A DNA stretch of 64,000 bases from assembly GCA_002633005.1 (NCBI GenBank), contig NMRA01000280.1, positions 450,080 through 514,079 of the forward strand. Direction: 5' to 3'. The notes under the pieces are model-generated. The model searched no databases. It was not told the origin of the DNA and was given only the letters and a program-made list of their open reading frames with translations. The position numbers and the translations under genes are program-made. Source of the stretch: Phoronis australis. Taxonomy: Eukaryota > Animalia > Phoronida. Of this stretch, positions 14,323-24,916 are shown piece by piece. How positions within the stretch are numbered: position 1 is the first letter of the stretch; each line of letters opens with the position of its first letter.

Positions 14323-15522
14323 CAGCCCCCCATTTTTAACGCTTGGTGCGCTCATGCAAAGTCTGGGAAAATCTCTGTTGAAAGCCAACCAACTTTGCAC
14401 AGTTCGCCAGAAGTACCCAAGTTCTAAATAAACCTCGTTTGAGCGAGCGCTGTTGCCAGCGACCAGGTAGGCCTAAGTGTAACCTTGGCCCAAAGCTGTA
14501 TGGCCTACTAACAAGCTAACTGTATTTTGACGGTAGTTTTCATACTGGTAGCTGGCACTGAGGCTAGCTAAGGGCTGCCGCGGCAGTGTGACACGGCAGG
14601 ATTAAACAGTCCGTAATTTTATGAAAGTATCTGAAACTACCTTTGAATATATATACGGCATTTATGATTTGAACCTTTTACTTCGACAAAACAGTTTGAA
14701 ACCGCATGCCTTTACAGTTCGCCTGTGTCTTGTCTCGATCCGCACCGGGTCCGATAGGCTGCGGTCTCGAGTCCGGCAAAATAATTTCTATCAAAATTTA
14801 TTCGCCACATTTCTTCAGCAAATTCGATAAAATTGTCCGTATTTTGATTTTATTAAAATTAAGGCGCGATGTCGATTATTTTATCCCCGTTTGCACGCTG
14901 GTAACAGGCACTCGTCCATTCACACTGACTGCGTTTTCTTAGCGGCCTAGCCTGGGTTCCTGAATGAATTGTACTTTCGGGTTCGCGGCAAGTTCAAAAA
15001 AGCCGTCGTTCTTCGGGTGCGAATCGTGAGTGGGGCGTTCATTTAAACTTTTTTGGAGTACGGATCGTGTATTAGTTATGGGGTAGGTACTTCTTGGATC
15101 CTTATAACATCCTCTAACCATGTAATAAGGGTAAACAACGCGTGCGACCAGGTCTTTAAAGTTAATCTCTGTGAGGGAGAGTACGTGACAAGACAATCGG
15201 TAATTTTATCATGCTAAAGTAGGAGTCTATCCTCGCCTTGAGTTTTCACATTCTACGCCCACTGATGATAGTGTTTACACCTGATTGTATATTGAGGGTA
15301 CGTACTGTGTGTATTTTTGCCATATAATCGCAAATACACCCGGTGTAAAGCTACACTCGTGCGTGTGATTGTATCACCTCAAAGGTCGTGTAGAGGTTAA
15401 TTTACACACGAGCAAATGTACTCCTGGCGCATGTGAATGCAATTTACCACAAGTGTAAAAGCAAGATCAATCGCAAGAGGTGTCATTTACTAAATTATTT
15501 CTGTGATCACATCTCTTCTTAA

Positions 15523-16138
15523 AGAGGCCTGGAACGCGCAAAACAGACTAGAAAAATGATCTTTCAACTTCTCATCACTTCTTCGATTTTACTCCCTCAA
15601 GGCAAAGCACGTCTCCTGATTTGGTATAGCGAGACATAGACGTGGCACATTTCCCTTATATAGAAAATGCGACCTTTGACCTTCGATGTTAACAAAACAA
15701 TGGCGATTTGAAGCAGCGGCCAGTCCGATTAAGAATCAATTCATGTAAGTCCTAACTGTTTACAAGGTATCGTAGTATTCGAATATATTCTAAAATGCAC
15801 TTGGAATTATTGTTTTTTGGAAAATTGCTTGCTTCTCTGGCTTGCCTCATACTAGGTTGTCGACCTCATATTCGGAGTGCGATCACACATGATCATCTGC
15901 AGCCGTTAATATCCATGTTGTCAGCCAGCACATGCGCGCATTTATCATAGACCAGAGAGACTAGAAACTTGGTGGTGCCTACAGAGTTTCTCCTTCGCGC
16001 GTATTTGAAAAATCTTGAATTTATGGACTTTCCTACACGGGGAAAAGTGAATAACTCTGTAGAACACGTTACGATATGGTACTTTCGTCATGAATTGCTT
16101 AAAAGACACTTGTGACGCGTTTCGCATTCAATACCTCT
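15523..16138. mobile_element. TTAA-targeting non-autonomous DNA transposon (Kolobok-like)
   Basis: TTAA|AGAGG ... CCTCT|TTAA. A diverged second copy starts right after it (about 16160-16500). Confidence 0.55.
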
Positions 16139-17082
16139 TTAAATCAACAACACTCCCTTTTAAAGTGGCATAGAACGTGGAAAACAGACTAAATTGCAGT
16201 ATTCAAAATGATTTTCTGTCGATGAAACAGAGGTCAAACTGTTCACTAGGTATTTTTGCGCTTTGTTCGTAAAGATTTTGAATTTCTATTGATGCCAAAG
16301 CATTTTCCCTTTAGTTTCCAATTTCAAAAAAAGAACCTGTCAACTCGCCACTTCGTCGATTTTTCTCCCACACGGCAAAGCACCTCTCCTTATTTGATAT
16401 GGCAAGACATGGACATAACAGAATTCCCTTATATGGAACATTTGACCTTTGGTGTTAACCAAACAAAGGCGATTTCAAGCAGACACACTCCGATAAATAC
16501 CCGAGCTCCAGAGACACCGAGATTCAAGTCAATTGTTCTACAAGAATCTTCTATACACTGACACACTTTGCTTGTGTCGAATTGGCTGAAAAATATATAG
16601 AATACAGATTGTAAATAATGCGTTCTTTTTCCGCATAGAAACGCAACGTAAATGTACTAGAAGCATTGCTGAACGACAACCGTCACCTGTGAAAAACAGC
16701 ATTTATGCCATTCCAACCTGTGCAAAAGTAGGCCGTTTTGAAGTCAATGGCAGGCGACCCTTCTGTTCCTTTTTTGTTGTTAATGACTTGTACCAACTGC
16801 CGTCATGGCAAGGAGTAGTTTACGTCATATTTGAGAGACTTTATTTGATGATCATTCAGGTGACGTGACAAAAGGGAATGAAATGCACCTTTATTTTTTA
16901 CAGCTCAAACTCATCTCTCTCAAACATTGTACGACTGCTTTTTTTCCACGACCTTTGGTATTTGTGTGAAACCTGATTGTTGTATGGTCTTGAGAATTAA
17001 GATATTTTAGTCTCAAATATGACCAGTTAACGTATTTGTTATTTTCATTAAGTAATGTTGGTTATTGTTTCAGTTCTTCAAC

Positions 17083-19698
17083 ATGCCGCCAAGAGCGCAG
17101 TTGGTGTTCCTATTTCTCTCCCTGGCTCCACCTAGTGTCCAAAGTTGGAACAGGCAGTCGTCTTCATGGTCCAACTGTTCATTAACACAAGACTACGAAG
17201 ATGTCATATTTGATTGTACAGGGAAGGGTCTTTCCACCATACCGAGAAATCTTCCGAGCAATGCAACAGTCTTGATACTGAGACGCAACAGCATCACATC
17301 GATACCGGCGAACATTTTCGGTAAAATGACTAAGTTAAGGTTGCTAGACATTTCAAATAACAATAAAACGATTTCTTTGGATCACAACAGTCTGCGAGGA
17401 CTGGTCAACTTGAGAACGCTGACTCTTCAAAACGTCGCTGGCCTTTCTCTGGGATGTGGAGAATCTCGACCTTTCCGACACGTGCCATTTCTCGAAAACT
17501 TGAACTTGAAGGACACCGACAATTTTGACTCCGACTGTCTGAACAATGCATTATATGACTTGTCTAACCTACGAACCTTTGCTGTACCCTGGCCAGTTTC
17601 CCCTTTACCTGATAATTTTTCTTTTCTCAAGTCTTTGGACGTTTTAGACTTGTCAAGATCAACGTTGAATCTGACTTTCGACACTTTTAAAGCATTGTCA
17701 AATCTTTCAGTTTCGCGATTATCTTTACAGAAGGTTGATGTTCCTCTATTTTCTGACATGAACACTTTAGATCCTGTTTTGCCCACTTTGAGAGTACTGG
17801 ATCTGACATGCACTGCCTTTCCAGCAAAAACTAATATATTTTCGCCTTTTATTACTGGTTTACAAAATTCGAGCTTGCATACCCTAATTTTAGATAAAGT
17901 ACACAGCGGCGACGGCGTGAACCCAGTCGTATCAGCTGAACAGTTTCAACCATTGAAAAATGTCCCTTTAAAAGCACTGTCTCTGAGGCAAAATTCAATA
18001 ACTACGTATAATCCTTTTTTGCGTTACTTACGACATTTGGAGTATTTAAACTTGGATTACAATGTATTTATACCTACTCCAATGACGCATAACCAGGCAT
18101 TCAAACTTTTTATTGATGTTTTGGCGACAAAGCATCTTAAAGAGGTTAGTATTTCAAACATGAACTGGCACATAAGAGATATGTACTTGTGCGATCAACA
18201 AAATCCTTTATTTCATGGCAATTTTGGTAATGATGAAGAAGGCAAAACTTCGTTTAACCTGCATTCGCTTCATGGAAATTCTGGTTTTGTGATAAAAGGT
18301 TACTTGTCAGTGGAAGTACTTCACCTCTCAAACATTGGAGTGATGTTTTACGACACAAAAAAATTATTCATAAACGTGTCTGACATAATTGTAGGGCAAC
18401 ACACCAAGTCTGCGCGATATCAACTTACGAATTATGTGAGGTTTCTCAATCTTTCTCATAATTTCATCGGCAGAATTGAGACTGTGTTTTACGGCCTAGA
18501 CTCGTTACGAATTGTGGACATCAGCCATAACAAATTAGAGCACGTTCACTCACTGTTATTTAGAAATATTTTGAAATTAGAGAAACTTTTTATCTCTAAC
18601 AACAGGATCGGTTTATTTACAAGTCCCGAGGAATTAGCGACAACTTTCAGTCATCTTTCTGCAATAGAGCTAATTGATTTGTCGGCCAACCAACTAACAA
18701 CTGTTACCAGTGGAATGTTTGAAAACTGTTTGCGTTTACACACAGTACTGTTACAAAGAAATAACATTGCAGTCGTCGATGCCACGTTCAAGAAATTACC
18801 ATTCATTAAGCTCATGGACCTCGGGCATAACTATATTAAGAAGTTCTCTTTTGAACAAGTAGAGGATCTCAAAAAGTCGAACTTGACCTTGCGGTTAACT
18901 GGTAACTTGGGTTTTGAGTGTTCGTGCAAGACTGTTGATTTTATTACATGGATTCAGGCACCTGGAACTTCCAGTAACGTTATTGAGAATAAAAAGGACC
19001 TCAAATGCGCAAGTCCAGACGGAACCCATCAGCGGGTTGTGGAAGTTAGTCTGCAGGGTCTTGGCTTGTACTGTGTACAGAACGCTCTCATCATATCATC
19101 CGCAGTAGTGTCCGCTATGGGCATATGCGTTGCAGTAGTGATCTGGAGACATAAGTGGACAATCAAATACTGGATGTATCTCTTGAAACTCAGGAGACGA
19201 GGCATACAAGTTAGGGACCGAATAAGGCCACGCCACGCCTATATCTCTGCCACCGATGATGATTTGGAGAAAGCCAACATGATCTTTCAACAAATAGAAG
19301 ACAAACTCGGAGAGAATTCTGTGTTTTGGAAGCACAGAGACACGGTACCCGGCAGAAGTACTTTTGATGAAATATTCCGTGGAGTTGAAGAAAGTCGGAA
19401 AGTCATTCTCTGTATAACACAATCGTATTCCACTTGTACTGACCAAAACTTTGAAGTTGAAATGAGTTTTGCACGTGGTAAAGGTTTCATTATCCCTGTA
19501 CTGATTGGTGACGTTCCATTAGAGCGGTTGCCAAGACCGCTACGCCGTCTTCTTCGAGACGATATCTACTTAGAGTGGCCAAATAATGTTGCCGAAATGC
19601 CAAATTTCTGGGTATCACTACACGAAGCAGTCATGACGCAAAAAGGGGTGATCATCAGAAAAAACGGTAGGATTTTCTATTTATATGAAGATAAATAA
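17083..19698 (+). CDS. Toll-like receptor, single-cysteine-cluster type, 871 aa, intronless CDS
   Basis: The ORF track starts at TTG 17065, but an acceptor (ttgtttcag, ends 17073) precedes ATG 17083. Domains in order: signal peptide MPPRAQLVFLFLSLAPPSVQS; LRRNT (CSLTQ..FDCTGKGLSTIP); many LxxLxLxxN repeats; LRRCT (GNLGFECSC..FITWI..LKCASP..C); TM ALIISSAVVSAMGICVAVVI; TIR (RDTVPG BB loop, SRKVILCI, YLEWP, FW). Confidence 0.95.
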   Translation: MPPRAQLVFLFLSLAPPSVQSWNRQSSSWSNCSLTQDYEDVIFDCTGKGLSTIPRNLPSNATVLILRRNSITSIPANIFGKMTKLRLLDISNNNKTISLDHNSLRGLVNLRTLTLQNVAGLSLGCGESRPFRHVPFLENLNLKDTDNFDSDCLNNALYDLSNLRTFAVPWPVSPLPDNFSFLKSLDVLDLSRSTLNLTFDTFKALSNLSVSRLSLQKVDVPLFSDMNTLDPVLPTLRVLDLTCTAFPAKTNIFSPFITGLQNSSLHTLILDKVHSGDGVNPVVSAEQFQPLKNVPLKALSLRQNSITTYNPFLRYLRHLEYLNLDYNVFIPTPMTHNQAFKLFIDVLATKHLKEVSISNMNWHIRDMYLCDQQNPLFHGNFGNDEEGKTSFNLHSLHGNSGFVIKGYLSVEVLHLSNIGVMFYDTKKLFINVSDIIVGQHTKSARYQLTNYVRFLNLSHNFIGRIETVFYGLDSLRIVDISHNKLEHVHSLLFRNILKLEKLFISNNRIGLFTSPEELATTFSHLSAIELIDLSANQLTTVTSGMFENCLRLHTVLLQRNNIAVVDATFKKLPFIKLMDLGHNYIKKFSFEQVEDLKKSNLTLRLTGNLGFECSCKTVDFITWIQAPGTSSNVIENKKDLKCASPDGTHQRVVEVSLQGLGLYCVQNALIISSAVVSAMGICVAVVIWRHKWTIKYWMYLLKLRRRGIQVRDRIRPRHAYISATDDDLEKANMIFQQIEDKLGENSVFWKHRDTVPGRSTFDEIFRGVEESRKVILCITQSYSTCTDQNFEVEMSFARGKGFIIPVLIGDVPLERLPRPLRRLLRDDIYLEWPNNVAEMPNFWVSLHEAVMTQKGVIIRKNGRIFYLYEDK

Positions 19699-20948
19699 CC
19701 CATTCTGTTCCCGTATGAACGTACTGTTGCTTTAAGCTGGGTTGCGCTCCATAGATTGCAAGACATTCACTTGCACCAGCGACGAAAATTTTTCGTTTAT
19801 GGAACAGAAACACTGAATTGAGTTCAGTGGCATAATGCAACACCCCAACTTCGTCGAACCGAATCACTTCATTGGCCGCCATTTTGCAGGCCCGGCAATG
19901 AGGGCTAATAAGCTCCCAAACACAAACGCGACACTCGTTTTTCATACAGGTGATTTTGCGAGGTCTTACGAGATCTCGCTTTTCTCGCGCGAAACTAGGC
20001 CCTTAATGAGTGCAAGGATCTCACTCACCTCGAGTTTAAATGTTAATGTTCTTGTTTGAGGGCGCTTCTGCACGATGTCCCGAAACACTTATTACATAAA
20101 ATTTACAATAACTGACATATTAAAATAATATATTATAACGTTATCGGAAAGTGGTCTTTAAAAATGAACATTATATATCAGGATGCCCAATCTCCTACGA
20201 TCCCCCGGTTACCCGTCAAAAATCTGCGAGCATGCCCTCGGAACTTGCTGATAATATTTCGTTTTGATAAACAAATTCGTTGGTTTCTATTTTACTTGTT
20301 TATGTGTCTACGAAAATCGATAGATTCATAGATGATTTTTGACAATTAGAAGCTAATCTTGTAAGAATTGGTGATATGTCAATGAATTTAATTGCAGCCT
20401 AAAGTTGGAAAAACTATGTAATCCGATCCACAAATTGTAAAGTACACTTTGAAGATTTTTGCCTACCTAAAATAACTCTTAAAGACATAATGATTGATGA
20501 AATTCAGACTCACAAACTGCAGATCGAAAAAAGTTTTAAAAGTCCTTAAATAAATAAAATAGAAAGGAGTATTTGCATGGCTCACTTTTACATGAGCAAA
20601 TGTTGGTAACTAAAAACACACTTTTAATTCATTGCAAGGCGCTGCTGGTTTAGGATCCTTTTCCTGTTGCGTTGTTTTGTCACGGCTTGTTATTTTCTTT
20701 CAGGAAACGTTTTCTTCTACGGAGATTAGATACACTCGCCCCGACAAACGGAATGCGTTTACTAAACCTGGGTTGCTATCTGTGAGCGCAAGAATCTGAA
20801 AACAGTGTGAGCCTTCGCAAGATATCACTATGCAAGAATAATGTGACCACACATACAGCTTTTCTCGCGAGTGTTTTGCGTCTTCGAAGGGCTGTCCTGT
20901 ACTTACCTTCCACTGTGAAATGGATAGACTCTGATAGCATATTATATA

Positions 20949-21021
20949 TGTGTGTGTGTGTGTGTGTTTGTGTGTGTGTGTNNNNNNNNNNNNNNNNNNN
21001 NNNNNNNNNNNNNNNNNNGCA

Positions 21022-21084
<63 letters not shown>
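20949..21084. repeat. (TG)n microsatellite containing an assembly gap
   Basis: TG runs on both sides of the N stretch 20982-21018. Confidence 0.95.
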
Positions 21085-21087
<3 letters not shown>

Positions 21088-22468
21088 CATGTTTGTTTGT
21101 ATTTTGTCACATCATGAAGGCCGGTTTTGCGTGCATCTTCAGAGAGTGTTTTAAATACTTCGTCACATTATCAGATCTATTCTACTGTCCGTCGTTAATA
21201 CACAACATTAATCAACCTTATTTATCGTAATCTGTTTTACCCGGGGTACGTGACGAGCTATGTTGCAGAGTAAACAAGATGAGGATTGCGAATAAAGTCA
21301 TTTATTATGACGTAAGAAAAAGAAATGAAGACTGCAACATGGGCATGGAAAATACGCCACCGGCGTGTACATAGAAATGCTCTTAATAATGGAACAAAAA
21401 TAAAAGAATTAAAAAAAGCCTGAAGGTCATAACAGAAAATGTACAAAGAGAAGAATAAAGACCAAAAAAAAGCCTGAAGGTCAACAGATAGTGACTAAGA
21501 AAATGGAGGGACCTTATTTTCGGCTTCCTTTTTACGAAGAACTGGCTTCACACCTCACCGTATGCAAATGTGAACGACATCAATACAAATACACTTCTAG
21601 TATAACTCCATGTCGGAGTTTTATACTTATGTAAAAATAGTTTAAAAAATTCAGTACTCAAAGATCATGTATGTGCTGCTTCATCAGTGCGCCTCAAATG
21701 CTAATTACACAAACACACTAGCTATACTAGCATCCTTTAACCTTTACCATGTTTTTTTTGTGAGGGACATGTTTGAAAAAATGATAAAATATAAATGTAC
21801 GTATATGCGATAATCACAAAACGTACTTCTTCAGTTTTTTCCATGTATCTTTTTCTTTGAAATTTACTGGTTATAAAGAATTCAAACTGTTTTTTCGATA
21901 TATTTAGTACTCAAATTAGATCGCTTACAGAATTCTCCGAAGAGAATTGAAGGTTAATGAGATGTTCTTGAGCGTTGAACGAACCACTCATTTGAACCAG
22001 TGACTATGTCTGGAAAACCTTTTCTTCTCGTGAGCTGCAACTTTAACAACTGTCTTTTCAGCTGGCTTTTGGTCTTTCCTTTTTTGCGTTTACTTGGGGA
22101 GTGATATGGGCCTTTGAATTCCCCTGCCGGTTGGTTTTAATTCTTAGCCATGCAAGTTTACTAACTTGGGAAACCCCAGCTGCTTTTATTAGAAATTAAG
22201 GCCACTCCCATGATATCGATCTGTCTCTTTCTTTCAGCATTATAACAAGATACACAATCAAATTTCAATTCAGTGTGTTCCAGCCATGGCTACCTTTTCT
22301 CAAATCTGTCCCCTGGTCTAATTCCACAAGCCTGGCATCTTGACCATCCATTGTTTGGATCATCTGCAGGTATTTCAATTTCTAGCGCAGAGGCATTTTA
22401 GACCGGCAGCCCAAAACACTTAGCATAGATGAACGAGGCAGTGGTGGACTTAAAGGGGGGGGGGGGGG

Positions 22469-22588
22469 NNNNNNNNNNNNNNNNNNNNNNNNNNNNNNNN
22501 NNNNNNNNNNNNNNNNNNNNNNNNNNNNNNNNNNNNNNNNNNNNNNNNNNNNNNNNNNNNNNNNNNNNNNNNNNNNNNNNNNNNNNNN
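22469..22588. other. Assembly gap next to a poly-G run
   Basis: N run preceded by a G homopolymer. Confidence 0.95.
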
Positions 22589-23671
22589 NCCAACGTCTGA
22601 CCATAGGAGCACTTAGAGCCGACCTCAGTGTATACAGAAATGACCGGGGTCTTTCTTTGGGTTTCTGACGGACCTTTTCCATAGTGCAATTTGTCTGTCA
22701 TGGGTCATTCGGTGCAGTACTATTGCTCGTTTAAATCAGTTTTGGACGATACCTCGAATATCCAATTTAGCTCATTTTTGGTACCCTTGTAAGGTCCCTA
22801 GGGGTCACACCCAGAGTGCAGACAACGGCAGACGTCCATTTCCGTATATATTGAAGTAGACTCTAAGTGCTGTTATGGTCAAATGTTGGTACCTGTTAAT
22901 CTATGATAAATGCTCTGGGCTGCAGGTCTAAGTATGCGTTTTTAGTTGAATACTGTTTTTATCTCTCGAATGCCCAGATGACAATGGAATATCAGCAGGT
23001 GACAGAACGAGGATTGATTAAAATCAGTAAAACCGGATTTAGTATCCTTATAAAAGCTTCATAAAATCGATTATAACGAAAGTCAGTTACAAGTTGAACG
23101 TCACGCTCCAATAATACTCACTCAACCTAACTTCTAATATTTTCAAAGTTAACTGAATTCCAGTCTTGCAGTGTAATTTTCATTTTTGTTGGTGCACCAC
23201 CACCTAAAATGGCTGCCATAGTAAGTTAAAGCGTATTTATGCATAATGGGTAATCACTCAATTAACTGCCGCCAAAGAGGAATGAAAATTACAAAATGTT
23301 TATTTTAGCGATACCTTTCGACTGATGAAATTCAACCCGACAGTCAAACTATATCGTAGTAGAGTAGATGAGGGCCAAGCCCTCGGACAGCTTCACAAGG
23401 TTGGTCGATCTCGCCTTCTGTCCTTGCTGTGGTTGGCGCGGACGTGGATCGAGCGGCAGGACCTGGTTGGAAGGCGGTGGTGTTCTTCTTCTTGTGGAGA
23501 TGAGACGCTGGCTGGATGGCAACAGCGTCGTTGACTTCTAGGGTGTGAAGCTGCCTTAATGGCAACAGCTTACATGTTGTAACAGGTTGTCTTTGTGCTG
23601 CCACGTTGTGACAGTTTGCCGGACTCACATGAAGCCGGCTTAATGGTAACAGCTGTCATGCTAGTCCTTGC

Positions 23672-23980
23672 TTGTCTTTATACTGCCCTGTCGGGACAGT
23701 TACCATTAGAGCAGGGCCCGAACCCTTGGTGCTCCTGGTACATGCTTGTCACTGGAACTCGGTTGTCTTTATACTGTCCCGTCAGGACAGTTACCCGGCA
23801 GTGGAGCAGGGCCCGAACCCTTGTTGCTCCTGGTACATGCTTGTCACTAGGATTCGGTTGTCTTTATATTGCCCTGTCGGGACAGTTACCAGTAGAGCGG
23901 GGCCAGAACCCTTGGTGCTCCTGGTACATACTTGTCACTGGAATTCGGTTGTCTTTATACTGCCCCGTCGGGACAGTTAA
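23672..23980. repeat. About 91-bp tandem repeat, 3.3 copies
   Basis: Unit TTGTCTTTATACTGCCCTGTCGGGACAGTTACC...GGTACATGCTTGTCACTGGAACTCGG. Confidence 0.9.
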
Positions 23981-24689
23981 CTGTCGGGTCACTAGCCGGA
24001 GGATCTGTGGCTGGGCCATTCAGATCTGTCTTGTAGTTGGTGTTGACAGAGTCAACGATCGACTGGGTGACTTCTTCTTTCTTGAAGTCGAGCCCCAGTT
24101 GGTAAGGTGTGTCAAAAATGCTGCGTTCTGCCACAGATTGGTCACTTAAGCCGTCACTCAAAGTCCTGGCGATAGGTCAATTACGTCATCACAACCCGGA
24201 GTCCCCAATGTTGAATGACATGCAATGGCGGTGTGCAATGGCAGCAGGCACAGCTATGGGCGAGTTGCTAGCTGCTGGTGATCGGCTTACGTACGACTAC
24301 CGACTATGGCTTTTGTCAGAGGCATAGACCGCTATAATTCCGACATCATAACGGGGAAAATCGAGACAGGGGAACAAAGAGACGAGGGAACATACTGTGT
24401 TCGGTCTGTGATTTTACCGTGGTTAATATCAAAGTTTGCGTGATAAGTTATATGCGAAATTATCATTAACAAGTCGGCATGACGGCGACATCCCGCTGCT
24501 CCCAACTTGTTCGATTCTATAGCCCAACAACAAGTTGGGAAGTTTACCCCCGTAGCCAATATCGTACACCACTGATTAACTCNAGAGAAGCGGCCTTGGG
24601 CTCGGCCAGTCAACCCAGTCATCCAACAGACGATCCTGAATAAAGAGCCGATGTTTCTGAATAGTAAATATTGTCTTTTATTGAACCAG

Positions 24690-24916
24690 GCCTTCATCGT
24701 AACATCTCCTCTGATTGGAGTCGAAACACGACTCCTCAAAGAGGGCAGAACACAGAGTGGCTCCGGACAGAATCGCTTTGTCCACGCTGAGGTCCCACAC
24801 TCTCGTTCGGCGCACGAAGTGATGCCACTACTGCGCAACTTTGGCGTCCTTCGGAACACCGAGACGTTCTCCGTCTGACTGCTGTTGCTGCAGCCTCCGC
24901 AAACACATCTTTTCAT
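24690..24916 (-). pseudogene. THAP zinc-finger pseudogene, likely transposon-derived (possibly Kolobok)
   Basis: MKRCVCGGCSNS..., then a frameshift to PKDAKVAQ*WHHFVRR...TLCSALFEESCF. This matches the THAP pattern C-x4-C..FP..W..LCSxHF, with an in-frame stop and H to L. An upstream TTAA|AG terminus-like site lies at 25155-25158. Confidence 0.7.

Noticed and set aside
17427-19490. Antisense ORFs overlapping the TLR
   Set aside because: Shadow ORFs of the real coding strand, with no domains.
20700-22701. HT/CV-repeat and poly-X ORFs
   Set aside because: Translations of the microsatellite and the N gaps.
23672-23980. CRISPR-like reading of the 91-bp repeats (and of the 38-bp repeats at 29136-29325)
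   Set aside because: The units are tandem copies without unique spacers, there are no cas genes, and the context is eukaryotic.
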